From the NCBI GenBank assembly GCA_028534125.1, contig CM052817.1, forward strand, positions 30,010,001-30,074,000: DNA of 64,000 nucleotides. Direction: 5' to 3'. The notes beneath the pieces are model-generated. The model did not search any database. It was not told the origin of the DNA and saw only the letters and a list, made by a program, of their open reading frames with translations. Position 1 is the first letter of the stretch. Every line of letters starts with the position of its first letter. Positions 1-12,459 of this stretch are shown piece by piece. Source of the DNA: Lama glama (lineage: Eukaryota). Position numbers and translations under genes: made by a program.

Positions 1-354
1 ATAAAAAAACACACATAACAATTGGCTTTTATAAAAACCTAGGTATAAAATGACTAAAGATTTAACAGGAAAGCAGCATAATGAATATAATAAGTATTCT
101 ATGCTAGTAGAGCTATAAAAAGTTTAATTTTTTTCTGTATATTAATTGTATACTATAACTTCTGCATAATTTTGTAATGTAAGTACATGAAAAGGAGTTA
201 CTCTGACAATAATTTCTATCTAAAAATGAACTACTTCTTCCTACACACCAGATAGTGCCCTGAAATAAATTTCTAATTATACAAAATAAGTAATTCAGTA
301 GAGCCTTTTATAGAGAAAGGTAGGGCTTTCTACTCTGCCAAGAAAACAAAAGTG

Positions 355-790
355 GCAGCCCTAAAAAGTTGCCACTCTGTTCTCCCAGGGAGGGAACGTG
401 GTTGACTGACAGCCCAGCTGCTGGCCCTCGGGACCAGCCCTGTGTCTGCACCAGATCCAAGCTCCCCCAGGCTGCTTTCAGGCAGTAACTGAATATTGTT
501 GCAATGCTAGTGCAGACCCACTCCTGCAGAGGGCCTCCTCTAAAGGTCAGCTTGTGTTGGATGACTCCCACTTGCCTGGCCAAAATCTGTTTTGAACTCT
601 ATAGCCTGAGATTCTTTTGACCCAAATTTCTTCTTTCCCCTGTACTTTCACAGGGGTCAGACCTCCATCATTATCTGAAGGCTCTCTCTGTTTGCTTCCA
701 TCTCTACTCCTGTCCCTTGCACAGGCAGTTTTCTCAAATATCTCTTAAATGTCTAATCCCATCTTGGCATCCGCCTCTCTGAGGCCTTTG
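355..790 (+). mobile_element. ERVL solo LTR, LTR16-like
   Basis: The 3' part (tttcacaggggtcagacctccatcattatctgaaggctctc...tctaatcccatcttggcatccgcctctctgagg) resembles the recalled LTR16-family 3' end; boundaries approximate. Confidence 0.7.
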
Positions 791-1130
791 CTTCTCACTG
801 TCTTTAATTGACACTTGCAAATTTATACCAAAGAAGGTTTTCAAGTCATCCATGTTAGTGTTGGTTTTTTGCCTCACTAAGCTATTTATACATTTACAAA
901 TCTATCTGATTACATAATAAATTATTATAAGCAAAAAGGTACTTTAATGAGTGTATTGCTGTTCTTAATATAGTAAGCAAAAGTTTTAAACTGATGATAA
1001 CTAAGAGACAGGTCAAGTAAAGACAAGGCATGCTAAGTCATAGAATTATGTAAAAGAATTCATCTTTACAGCTAGAAAAAAATAATCTATGTCTATATCA
1101 AGTCAGTCAATATAAACTATTTTTCATATG

Positions 1131-1259
1131 TACGGTAAACATTCATCCAGATTGTCCCAGAACAATCTTGATTTATGCCTGTTTTCTTGGAATAACTCAC
1201 ACCCTCTTTTCACTCACAAATAACTTAATTTGGGTGATAAATTGTATAGCTGTACCCTG
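1131..1259 (-). mobile_element. MER81-like hAT DNA transposon
   Basis: Reverse complement reads CAGGGTACAGCTATACAATTTATC...GAGTGAAAAGAGG...AACAGGCATAAA...GGGACAATCTGGATGAATGTTTACCGTA, similar to the recalled MER81 consensus. Confidence 0.65.
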
Positions 1260-2249
1260 TATATAGTTCATTTAAAGTATCATAGAAAGACTGCAAATGT
1301 AAATGTCCAGGTTTTGACCCTTGGGGAAGATGCCCACTAAAGTGTTAGGACAGTGCAGATGGAACTTCAAAGCCAGGCCTCAACAATGATCTGTTGCTCA
1401 TGACAAATTAGTGTTTATAAGTAAAACATCAGATACATTTCTATAAGTTAAGTGACAAGTTTCAGGAAAGAAACATATCTGTTCTAATGTTTCTGAGTAG
1501 ACTTAATGTCAATGACTGTAGGAGCTAACTTTTTAAAAATATGTGTTGGCACTGATTTTAGAGCTGGAAGTCAAAGAAAATAAAAGTAAAATTAAAAAAA
1601 AATTTAAAGTCTTATTTTTTGTTGGCCATTATAGTCTAGCTGCTTATTCTTTTGTACAAAGCTCTTTTTAGGGTTGTAGCACTGAATTAGTTTTATTACA
1701 CATGAAAGTTAGTGGAGAAGCAAAATAAGTAGAAGAGTAATAAATAACAAAGTTATAGATTTGAACTTTTAGAGCTTTAGAGAGGTGAAATGATAGTCAA
1801 CTCAATTCTGTGATTCTCTTATTAGCACAAAGAAATAGGGGACCCATCTCTTAACACACATGGAGAAGAATGCTTTGGACATTTGAGGAGGGGGAAGGGA
1901 AGCAGGCCTAGAATACTATGTATGCTTTACTATATGCTTGAATCTGTCCAGTGTTTAAGTCTACTATAAAATTAATCACATTTCATCTTAATCACTACCT
2001 TATTTTTCACAACCCTCTATTTGCTCATAGAAAGCAGGGCTTAAGGTTTTCAATGTGATACGATTGGCACCTAGCCTGACACATAGTGTGTATTCAGTTT
2101 AAAAATTTACTAAATAAATGAATAAATGGAAAGAATATTAGAACTCATCCTACTGTTTATAGGTAAAATTACAGTGAATCAAGAAAATAAACAACTAAAA
2201 ATGTTGGACTTAATCAGAGAATTGATCAGTGTAGTTAAACTAATATAAA

Positions 2250-3700
2250 ATTAATTTTACAAAACACAGTAGCTTTCTAATCCTAGTACTAATCCATCAT
2301 GAAAAAAATGATTTCATTCACAATGACAACACAATCTATACAATAATTAAGAAAAATATATAACAGGGAAGGTATAAGGTTTATGTGAAGAAACAAAAAA
2401 AAAAACTAATTGGAGAACATAAGAACAAAAAAAAAGTCAAAGTAAACATTCTTGCTATAAAATAATATTAATATATAATTCTCAAATTAGTTTATAAATT
2501 TAATAAAGTTTCAATCAACATCCATAGTTCCTATGTAACAGGTTAAAATTATACTGTAATTAAGTGGAAGAATCAATGTGAGGGTGTACAAGAAATTATT
2601 GGTAAATAGAATTGTTAGATGAAATTTGCCCTGCCAGAATAATAGAAAACAAAATAAAGTTCCTATAATGAAAATCATATTGTGGTAATACATAAAGAAA
2701 TCAATGAGAACAAAATCAAACATTCAAATTCAGATCCCAAGAGTACAAAAATTTAATATATAATAAACATGACTAGTCAGTTTAGAAATGAAAGGATGAA
2801 TTATTCAGTAAATTGGATTGAAATACTTATTCAGCCATTTATAAAAAATATATTAGACTCTTATTTACATAATAACTTACAGATATATTAAAGATCAAAA
2901 TATATTAAATAAAATATATGACTATTAAATAAGATACTGAATTTTTTTAACTTTTGGAGTGAGGAGGCTTTTTCTAAGCAACATGTAACCAAATCAGGAA
3001 AAGAAAAAAAATAAAAATCTGACCAAAAAAAAAAAAATAGATGATGTAAAACAATTTAGACAAAGAATAGAGACAAAGGATAAACTGAGACAAAGATATT
3101 TACAACATAATTGGTATACATGAATTCAGAGGAGGACAAAAGCTAATAAATACATAAAATTATGCCAACATTTACTGGTAGCAAGGGAAAATAGATTTAA
3201 AATCTGACAAATTTTAGCCATCATAATGACAAAATATTAAAAGATTCATTACATTCTGTACTGGTGTTGATATAGATAAATTGTATTTTTATAACCATTA
3301 GTAGAATAAATTCCTCTCTAGCAAGTAATTTGGCAACACTGATGAAATATTGACATTAAAAGCATGTACATATGTATATAGGTACATAGTAACAATGTTC
3401 ATAATAAAATGAAAGAGACTGTTATGGAATAATTTAATAAATTATGATACTTCCACAATATAGAATACCACTTCAACATTAAAAATGAGGTACAGCTAAG
3501 TGTACTAATCTAGATAAATATCTTTGATATTGGTTGTATGACAAAAACAAGTATTAGATTTCATTTGTATAAAATATATACACACAAGTGTGTATATATA
3601 TTATCTGAACTTATGGAAAAATTTGGAAGTATAGGCTTCAAATTGCTTAGTAATTTTGACAATAAGTATTATTCCATTATTATTAACAGTATATGATAAA
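2250..3700 (+). mobile_element. Ancient degenerate LINE-1 (3' ORF2/3'UTR)
   Basis: A-rich + strand with decayed L1 ORF2-like phrases (ttattcagtaaattgg, gaggctttttctaagc, aaattatgccaacatttactggta); no open frame. Confidence 0.6.
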
Positions 3701-4898
3701 AAACATGACATAAGGAGAAAAAAGTTTTGGTTTTTCCTATATATTTTAACCATATATGTATGTACATATATATATCACTTAGAGATTATTTAAATTATTT
3801 AGTTAAAAAAACAAATGAAAATAAGGTCTAAAGTATTTATGGTAAAAAGCTTTACATTTAAAGACATTTTATGTTCACAGAATAGAACCGAAATTGGACT
3901 GTATATTAATGGTTCCACAATTTGAGATGTGAAATATTAATCTAGGAGAAAAAATAAAATGTGACATTTTCATCCACTGTGAATTTTCAGTAGTTTCCTT
4001 GGTAAGGTAGAATACATAGCATCCTTCAAATTACATCAGTGTTAGGAAATTAACAACAATAGACATTGATTTGGGCACAGAGCACTACATTGTTTGTTTC
4101 AGAAAGGGGTCTGGACAATTCCTAAATCTATTAGAACATAGTTTGATCTGGTTAGACTAGATATAAGAATGTACAATTGTAATAGCTAATGAGAAAAGGT
4201 ATAGATAGATATCAAATAAATTTTTAAAATGTCAGTTAGTATAGTGGCATATTTTTAGAAAGAGAACAAAAATGGAAAAATTATAAAATAAAGCAGAGAT
4301 TATTTTTTCTTAACACCTCTGCTTATAATTATGAAATTTATATAGTTTAGTGATTGATCATTAAAATAAAGGCAAATACTAATGATAAAACAATATATTC
4401 TGCCAAATTTGGAATTTTTTATTTGCTTTTTGGCTGGCCAACTCTGTTTTGTTAAAACAGAGTTTAGAAAATTGGGAACCATGCCTCCAAAGAATAGTAT
4501 TCAGGGGGATGGAGAATACCCAGAAATTATAAATATTCTTTGGGGACTGTTTCCATGTGAATATTTTTTGGAGGAAGGAAAGAAACAGACTTTTCATTAC
4601 AGTCTATTAAAAAAATTACCATTGGATTGAAAGTATATTAAAACCAACACCACTTTATATCCATAGAGCTTAACTGACATAAATTAAACTTATGAACAAC
4701 ATGAATCTTCATGACATTGACATTCTCTAAGCCTTTGATGTTCTTATGCATCTGATAAATTCTGTAAGGCTGCTAAAATTTTTGCAAAGTGGAAGCATAA
4801 TATTTAGGCTTATTAAATTATAAAACATAGTAAAGGATCTTAAAATTAAATAGAAGGAAGAAATGGGAATTTACTCTTCTGAATGCAGAAAGATATAC

Positions 4899-5007
4899 CT
4901 TTCTCCTAAGTCTTGGCATCATAAAAGGAGAGATGAAATATTTTCATTGGCATAAGTATTCTCTCAGAGCTTCCGCTTCAGAAAAGAGAGACTACAAATG
5001 AGTAGAA
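4899..5007 (-). other. Candidate non-coding exon (109 nt)
   Basis: Minus-strand acceptor TTTTGTTGTTTCAG and donor AAG|GTATAT; stops in all three frames; unique sequence. Splice-motif inference only. Confidence 0.3.
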
Positions 5008-5243
5008 CTGAAACAACAAAACGCTCTTTCTAGTCAACTCCAGTTATGACAATATGAAGGTTTTTCAAAAAGAATTGTTACCAAAGAAGTGACAGAAACA
5101 AATATACACTCATAAGCCACTTGCACAGAGTAACAAGTTAGTTTGTAAAACACAAATGTCTGAGTAACACTTAAATGTAATCCAACCAACGAGGCTACTT
5201 TGTTCTAGTCATATAGCTATTTAGTTGAAAAGGTAATCCTTAC

Positions 5244-5369
5244 TCCAAACGCTCTTCTTCATGTGTTGGAAAATTATTCTGATAGCTCTACACGTCTAGG
5301 ATGACTGATAGGTAAACGATGTCCCTACATTGAAGCAGTTCAAAGATTCTGCAACCACAAGTCATAGTC
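5244..5369 (-). other. Candidate non-coding exon (126 nt, or 134 nt with the alternative TAG acceptor)
   Basis: Minus-strand acceptor TCTTTGGGTAGATTTCCAG and donor GGA|GTAAGG; stops in all frames; retains some CpGs in a CpG-poor region. Confidence 0.35.
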
Positions 5370-6133
5370 CTGGAAATCTACCCAAAGATTAACTTGCTCT
5401 CTAGAGCACTTGATTCTAGCAGACTTATAGCTGCGTGGAGAACCAAATCATTCGCTAATCATACCAATATTAAGACATTAACTTAAACCCACTATGTTCT
5501 CATCATGGACTTTCTGATATGCCTATCCCACTACAGGTTGGAGTGCAGGGTCTATGTTAACTCTCCTTCTATATCCCTCCTAGCACCGTCTCTACTATTG
5601 TTACTTGAAATATTTGGTACTCAGTGTGTTTGTCTAAAAATAAAGAGAAATGTTAAATCTCCAAATGAATTGTATTTGGAAGGGAAGGATTCCTACAGTT
5701 CAGAAGTTCACTATTAAACTATATTATATAGGTTTTAATAGAATGCTGTTATTTTAATCCACATATTAGATGACCAAAGTAAAAGGTACCTTAGGAATAT
5801 AGTTTTCAAAAGGCCTACCACACTATGAGACCATACCTCTGGCCACAGAATAGTAATGTTATATCTCTATGTATATTTTTCACCACCACTTAACCTGAAC
5901 TTTTGCCCATCACAGGTGAGAACATTCAGTCTTTTCCCAGAGTTGTGATTGAAGACGGTCTTCTTGATGTCCCCACTATAGCTCATCTAGAATTCTGAGT
6001 AGCAGTTATGGCATTTTATTGTCTGTACTTGTTTATATCAATAGACCACCCCAACATTAACTACTAAGTTCAGTGGGGGCAGGAACTCTGCCTTCTTTGT
6101 CCAGCATGCATACTACCATTCATATGTATGTGT

Positions 6134-6143
<10 letters not shown>

Positions 6144-6187
<44 letters not shown>
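6144..6187. repeat. (TA)22 microsatellite
   Basis: Direct read of a perfect TA run. Confidence 0.97.
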
Positions 6188-6190
<3 letters not shown>

Positions 6191-6223
6191 TGTCATATAT
6201 ACACTGTGTGTGTATATACTATC

Positions 6224-6226
<3 letters not shown>

Positions 6227-6272
<46 letters not shown>
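6227..6272. repeat. (TG)23 microsatellite
   Basis: Direct read of a perfect TG run. Confidence 0.97.
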
Positions 6273-6274
<2 letters not shown>

Positions 6275-6289
6275 TCCTATATACATTAT

Positions 6290-6430
6290 GAAAACACTAT
6301 TAGGGCAAAGATTATGTCTTGCTTACCACTTTATCTCCAGTTCCCAGACCTGTGCTTAGCACATAGTAGGCACTGAGTATAATAGTTGTTGAATGAATGC
6401 TAATGCTCAATAAATGTTTACTAAATGATT
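6290..6430 (+). mobile_element. L2 3' end
   Basis: gtgcttagcacatagtaggcactgag...gttgttgaatgaatg is the typical L2 tail. Confidence 0.7.
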
Positions 6431-7074
6431 TAATAGCTAGGATTATTTCCTGATACATGAGACTTCGGTTGGTTAAACTATTTTAGTACAGACAGAATTA
6501 GATTCTGAGATATTTAAAAATAGAAAAAAATATAAATTTCATCTGCCTACCAAAGAATACAAGATCTCTAACAAGCTTCTGCTTGAAGTCTAAGACATCT
6601 ATTATTTTGTTAGAGGGCTTTTGTATTGATGAAAATCTGCCTTGCTGTCGCTTTCCCTACTTGGTTATGATTTGTCTGTTACATCTATACATAATAAATT
6701 CAATTATGATTTCATATAGCATCTTTAAAAAATATCTGATTCTTCAACAAAATTTATCTAAATTCTGAATTCTTGCTTTTAACTCTTTATCCCTTGGTGT
6801 TTTTTTCTAGAACAAGTACTCCAGTTTGTTGATATTTCCCCTAAAATGATTAATACAACATTGCGTATAATATTCCAGATTATATGATAGATACACAGTG
6901 GATTGTATACTTATTGTGCTTCTGTCAATTGCATTAACCTTTCTTTCCTTTCCTTTCTTTTCCTTTTCCCTTCTTACCCTCCTTCACTTACTTTTTCTGC
7001 CCCTTCATCCACAGTTATGATGAATGTTTTGATTTACATGGCATTTGTAATTTTAGAGAAAAGGTGATTAAGAT

Positions 7075-7260
7075 GCAGGCGCTGGGCACAGAGCACATGA
7101 TTCTGAGTTTTGGATTCAGCATTAACAGCAAGATGATCTTTAGTGAGTCCCCAAAAATGGCTGTGCCCTGGTTTTTTCCATCTGTAAAATGGGGAGAATA
7201 GCAGTATCTGGGCTTTATTTCCCTTTCACGCTTGATTGATGGTTTGGCTAAGTATAACCT
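7075..7260 (+). mobile_element. MIR SINE
   Basis: MIR core ttttttccatctgtaaaatggggagaatagcagtatc. Confidence 0.75.
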
Positions 7261-8841
7261 TCTCAGTTGGACATTTGTCTTTAGAATTTTAGAGACATTT
7301 ATTTCCCTCATGGTTTTTTGGTATTGCTGATGAGTAATTTCATGGCTTTCTAAATCTCCTTCCTTGATTGTAATCTTTTCTATCATCACCCTCTAACCTT
7401 AAAAATGTAGATGCCTTTGTTCATCTTTGGAGTTCTGAAGGTATATTTCCCTTTTTTGACTAGAAGATGTTTTCCTTTGATTAATACCATAAATCTAAGC
7501 CTTAGCAGTGAGTAGAATGGCCATACGCATATAGAGTACTAGGCACAAGTACTATCCACATGGTTAGTACTGAAGACTAGTTTATTCACCACTGTAAACC
7601 CAGCAAATTGCACTGTGTAGAGTGCATAGCAGGCGTTCAATAATACTTGTTGAATGAAAGACTGAATGATCTCTTCCATAAACCAAAACATATTTAATAA
7701 TGCACAAAGGATTCAAGGCATTTACTTGACTTAAACAACTTTAACTAGAATAAATAATACTAGGATTACTGTGATTCCAAGAATATCTATTTTTATGTCA
7801 TTTAAATTAAAATTGTAAATGCCATATACTTTGCACAAATTTTCTCTTTTGGTCTTGAAACAGCTGAAAAAGTAGATGTAATTTCTACCATTCACAAATG
7901 AGGATTCTCTTCCCCACAAATTTGCCTGAAATCACCCTAGTGGGAAGCAGAAACTAAAATTTACACCTAATGTTCAAGTCCAGGATTGGTAGCATGTATA
8001 TATGTGAATTATTCTCCTGAGGTCCATACATTCAATTTATGCCCACTCCTCCTCCTTCCCCCATGGCAGTAATTCATCATATTTGGATACTATCTCAAGA
8101 GACACTTTTTCAGTTTTCCACCCTGTCTTGTCTCCTTTCCTTTCGAACCCCCTTCGTTATTATTTTCTTAGACAAATTTTAATCACCTTTGTATAAATAT
8201 AAAATATTAGATTTGTCTGTTTCATTTTTAAATGAAAAATCAAAACATTTCCTTCGGTTGCTTAACCAAAAGTGTGTCCCACAGTATATGTAACAGGATA
8301 AAATGTTAGAAGAGCATACCTAGAGGACTCAATCCATAGGGGATTTATTTATTGTAGAATTTTACATTTTAGCTTCAAAATCATTTTGTCTCTCAGTTCT
8401 TCTTTGAATATTTAATTATCATAGAGCATCATTAGTCATTTTGTCCTCAAGTTTGCTTCCATATCTTATTAGAAAATGAGGCCAAAAATCTAAATGCTTA
8501 AAGAAAAATCATGCACTACCAGCCACAAAATACATGACTGAAATTTTTTGAAAATAATATATTTTATAAAGCAATTATATTTAAATATTGTCATTTGGGC
8601 AGTTGATTGCTAAATTGTATGATTGTTGACTCATGAAATTGTTTTAAAAAACAAAAATGAGTTATTTTTCCTTGAGCTATCTCAAAATATAACTTCTTAG
8701 TCAAAGCATATCATAAATTACATTTTAGAAGAGCTAAAATCTCAAAGCACTTTTTCAATTCTTTTCAAAAGTCTGATTATAATTATATTTTTCAACATTA
8801 CAAATAAGTCAAATCAAGCATAAGAGATTTTAAGCACTTAC

Positions 8842-8967
8842 CAAGGTGCCATAGAGCCTCACAGAGAATGAAACATAGGAACCATGACTACAGCTTTTAG
8901 TTACAACAGGATTGGTTTTCATAGCTCAGCAATATAAAAATCAATAAAGTGTCCCTCCTTTATGGTC
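8842..8967 (-). other. Candidate non-coding exon (126 nt)
   Basis: Minus-strand acceptor TTCCTCATTAGTTTTCATCAG and consensus donor TTG|GTAAGT; stops in all frames from the acceptor; first such pair downstream of the candidate first exons. Confidence 0.45.
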
Positions 8968-9589
8968 CTGATGAAAACTAATGAGGAAATAAGCTACTGT
9001 CTCTGATTAGATACAAGAAATACTAGCTTCCAATCTGGTAAATCCCAAAATGGGTGACTTTGAAGATTTAATTTAGACTCCAGCAGAAGATATCAATAGT
9101 CTTATGTAAACAGAACCATCTGTGGTTAGTTTTAGAAAGGTTCCCTCCAAAGGAGAAAGGAAGAAGAAAATACGAATGTAAATGCTTATGCATGTTAACA
9201 TCCGTTATCTTCAACTAAATATTAAAAGGATGAAAAGTTCACCACAACTGTAGCTAGCTACTTTGAAAAGTGAAGACATACACTGTCATAACTGAGGCCC
9301 TAAGAGCTAATTTACAACAGTAACATATAGCTTTATTTTTAATATGTATTTAATCACTGGCCAGAATAATCCAGATTCTCTATAGTACTATGATAAAATG
9401 ATTTATTTTAACTGTATAACCATCTCTCCCTCTCACTCACTCATATATATGGCAAGAAAATAGTATAGAGCATTCCCAATTAGAATTTCCCTCTTGAAAA
9501 CTACTAAGAAATGCCAGTGATGCCAGCACTGAGTTATTTTCTGTTTCAGTTCAAATCTTAGACATACTGAACATGAAAACTTGAAGAAA

Positions 9590-9720
9590 TTATAAACGCT
9601 GTGCTACTACCCTCCAATTCCTAGATGAAGGAACTGTGCTCAGAGAGGTTAAGGGCTCTTGACACATAGAATCATGTCTCCTGTCTGCCAGAGCCCACCT
9701 CTGTCCCTGGCACCACACCA
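9590..9720 (-). mobile_element. MIR SINE fragment
   Basis: agatgaaggaactgtgctcagagaggttaag is the reverse MIR core. Confidence 0.7.
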
Positions 9721-10706
9721 CTCTAATTCTGAGCAGCTTGAAGACAGTTCTGAAACTAGTTACGATGCTCATAATGTAAATATACTCAGGAACAAAATGT
9801 ATTCTTTAAACCCAAACATCTTTTTTAGATAGACAGCGTGGCCTTTAGTAAGCAGCTTATCTATGAGGTTGCCAGAGAAACTTGCACTTACAAAGATAAA
9901 GGAGCATACAGTTTGATATTTCAAAACACCACTAAGTAAGTCTGTTTTTACTTTTGACAACACAGATTCATTTGTGATATTATCAAGATACATGAGAGCA
10001 CTGAAACATGGTCTACTGAAATATCTTCCATAATTGTATCATATATTCAAAGAAATAGACCATTATGACACAAGTTATACATAAGAAATAATTAATCAAG
10101 TAGTATTTTTGTGCCCATGCAGAACATTTAAGTTTCTAAGAGAAAGGGGTAAATTCACTAAAACTGTAATATTTAAAACACATTGAGTGTCAAACATATT
10201 CTGGCAAATCTAATATTACTTACCCTGTTTTAATCCATTCTCTATTTGGGGGGAGAAAAATCTGCTAGTAATGGCAAAAACTTCACTCTAGCTATATGCT
10301 AAAAATAATCATCATAATAATTAACTTTAGCAATGATGCAAGTAGTTATAAAGACATGTTTCCATCTCTGTAAGTGACTGCATTTTACTGGAGTTCTAAG
10401 CAGGATCACATATACTTTAACATAATTTTAAATGTGCATTTGTACAAAACACAGTTACATGATAAGAGTAGTTTGTCCAAGACCTTTATAGTATCTATGT
10501 CTCAATCAATATATTTTAATTTTGTTCACCCACTACTCCTATATCAAGGTGTGATATCTGAGTATTTTATTTTTCTAGCAGAATGATTTCAAAGTTTTTT
10601 TGAAAGGCATTACAGCCCAAGCAGCTCAAGAATTGTTCCTGTTGAATTGGAGGCTTGGGGGTTGGTAATCGCTCTCCCTCTCTCACTTTCTCGCTCCCTC
10701 TGTGTG

Positions 10707-10707
<1 letters not shown>

Positions 10708-10741
<34 letters not shown>
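10708..10741. repeat. (CA)17 microsatellite
   Basis: Direct read. Confidence 0.97.
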
Positions 10742-10745
<4 letters not shown>

Positions 10746-11371
10746 GCCAGAGCTTTCATATCACCATACAATTCTTATTTACTTGTACACAGCCAAGTAA
10801 AATGAAAATCATTCAAAGCTCAATATGCATAATTATTTCTAAGTTAAATATGACACACTTTCAACCCTGATGGATTTTTAGCCATATTTATGAATCTTCC
10901 TTGATGTAAAATTTTGCTTTTTTTTAGAATAGCAAAAAAGAGAGAGAGAGAGAGAAAGCAATATTAGTGAATAAAAAAGCATCATACATACCATGCTGTG
11001 TAACAAGTTTCTAAAATAACTTTTTATTTAAAATGCAGAATCATCCAGAAAGTTCATCAATGGCATTCAATCACCAAAGGCAGTAGCAAAATCATTTCTA
11101 CTTCCTGTCCCCACTCCCAGTAACTGAACCTTTACTAGTTTCTACTGTGCTTCAAGTCAAAAACAACTGAGCTAATCTCTATGCTTCATACATAGGCTAA
11201 TTTTGTTCTATCTGCAAAAGAGTAGATCTAATCAAAAATAAAATGATGGTAAAATATTGCACATATGCTCAGGGAAATGAAATTTATTTAACCTAGAATG
11301 ATTTTTGAAAGAAAGAGAAGTGAGGGGGAAAGGGGAGGGGGGGGGATACCAAAGAATAGTTTTTAACTCAC

Positions 11372-11600
11372 CAGTTTCCCAGATGCAGAGTCAGTAAGAG
11401 GAATATCAGCCTCACCCCTCTCCTTTGACTCCACAGAAGAAAAGGGGAGAAGAGAAGAGCTTTCCAAGAACCCATCAGGATCGCTTTTTCCGCTCAGTTC
11501 TCCAGACCAGGACTTTTTCTCCCACCGCAGCTGCAGCCCGGTGAGTACGAGAGGACGGAGTGTGAGAAGGCAGTACACCTCCCAACCAGGTAGGATGCGA
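11372..11600 (-). other. Candidate first exon (proximal promoter), 5' end approximate
   Basis: Ends in CTG|GTGAGT on the minus strand (GT at 11371-11370); overlaps the CpG-enriched patch and lies next to two CCAAT boxes. Confidence 0.6.
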
Positions 11601-11760
11601 CTCCCAGCGGAATCGAGCGAAGGAGCCAATCAGACCGAGAGGATGCTGGCATAAATTATCTGAAAAAGAGTAGGGCCAATCAAAAGCCCAAAGAGGTGGG
11701 GCTTCCCCTACTAGAAATCGAGCCCAGTAGGGGAAAGGGCTCCGTCTTTCTAAAAGAAAA
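11480..11760. promoter_or_regulatory. CpG-enriched promoter with tandem NF-Y-type CCAAT boxes
   Basis: 11 CpGs in 11482-11637, the densest patch I saw in the window; AGCCAATCAG (CCAAT 11626-11630) and GGCCAATCA (11676-11680). Confidence 0.75.
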
Positions 11761-12054
11761 ACAAACCTCTTCTCCCTACCAGCCTCAAAGGAACAGTTGC
11801 GTGGCCCTGACAGACTTCCATCCCTAGGGGAACTTGGCTTCCCTCTTCCCCCAGCCTTCCCTCCTGCCCAGCTCTATTTCCGGGGTCTCCTTTCCCTTTG
11901 CGTGTTTGGATTCTGAATCTGTCTTCCAAGAGGGACCCGTGGAGAGCTGGCAGTGCCTAACCGGTTTTCCCCAGGCTTGCGAAGGTTATGCTAATTTTTG
12001 TTAATTATTGTTAATTTGTGTGTGTTGAGGTGGGGGTCGGTACCTCACTTCTCT

Positions 12055-12135
12055 TTGCAGACCCAGTACCTGGCACAATGCCTGACACAAATACGCTCTC
12101 AGCATATGTTGAAATATATAACTGAATGAATGAAA
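12055..12135 (+). mobile_element. L2 3' end
   Basis: cccagtacctggcacaatgcctgacaca...ctgaatgaatgaa. Confidence 0.7.
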
Positions 12136-12274
12136 GAGCGGGCTCGGTGCATTCCTGGTAATCACGTTTCCTACCCACACCCCCTCCGCTGCCGTTGTAA
12201 GTGAGAGGATTTGCAGTCTCCTTTCTCCTTGCACCAGAAGATGACACTAATGAACAATGCCAGGCAAGACTTAC

Positions 12275-12440
12275 CTCATTATACAAAAACGTGAACAAAA
12301 TTCCGATTTTAAAAAGGTTATTTTAGCCATAGGAGTTGTAGATCTATTACGGGTGATCCTTGTTCTCCCCTTTGCGTTTGTTGAGCTCCAGTGTTTGATA
12401 CCTAACTTCAGAGGCTCTGCTTTGAGTTTGCAGCAGAGCC
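12275..12440 (-). other. Candidate alternative first exon (distal promoter), 5' end approximate
   Basis: Strong donor GAG|GTAAGT on the minus strand (GT at 12274-12273), about 170 bp downstream of an X-box. Confidence 0.55.
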
Positions 12441-12445
12441 CAACA

Positions 12446-12459
12446 GTTGCCGTGGCAAC
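12446..12459. promoter_or_regulatory. RFX X-box
   Basis: GTTGCCGTGGCAAC, 13/14 match to the palindromic RFX site GTTGCCATGGCAAC. Confidence 0.75.

Noticed and set aside
6073..6376. Three overlapping ORFs with YIYI/CVCV runs
   Set aside because: Translation of (TA)n and (TG)n microsatellites.
6935..7014. Long + strand polypyrimidine tract ending in CAG, resembling a splice acceptor
   Set aside because: Low-complexity CT tract followed by a MIR, with no partner donor or reading frame.
11363..11629. 88-aa minus-strand ORF over the promoter
   Set aside because: Starts at a non-ATG codon inside a CCAAT box and resembles no protein I recognise; likely a GC-rich UTR chance ORF.
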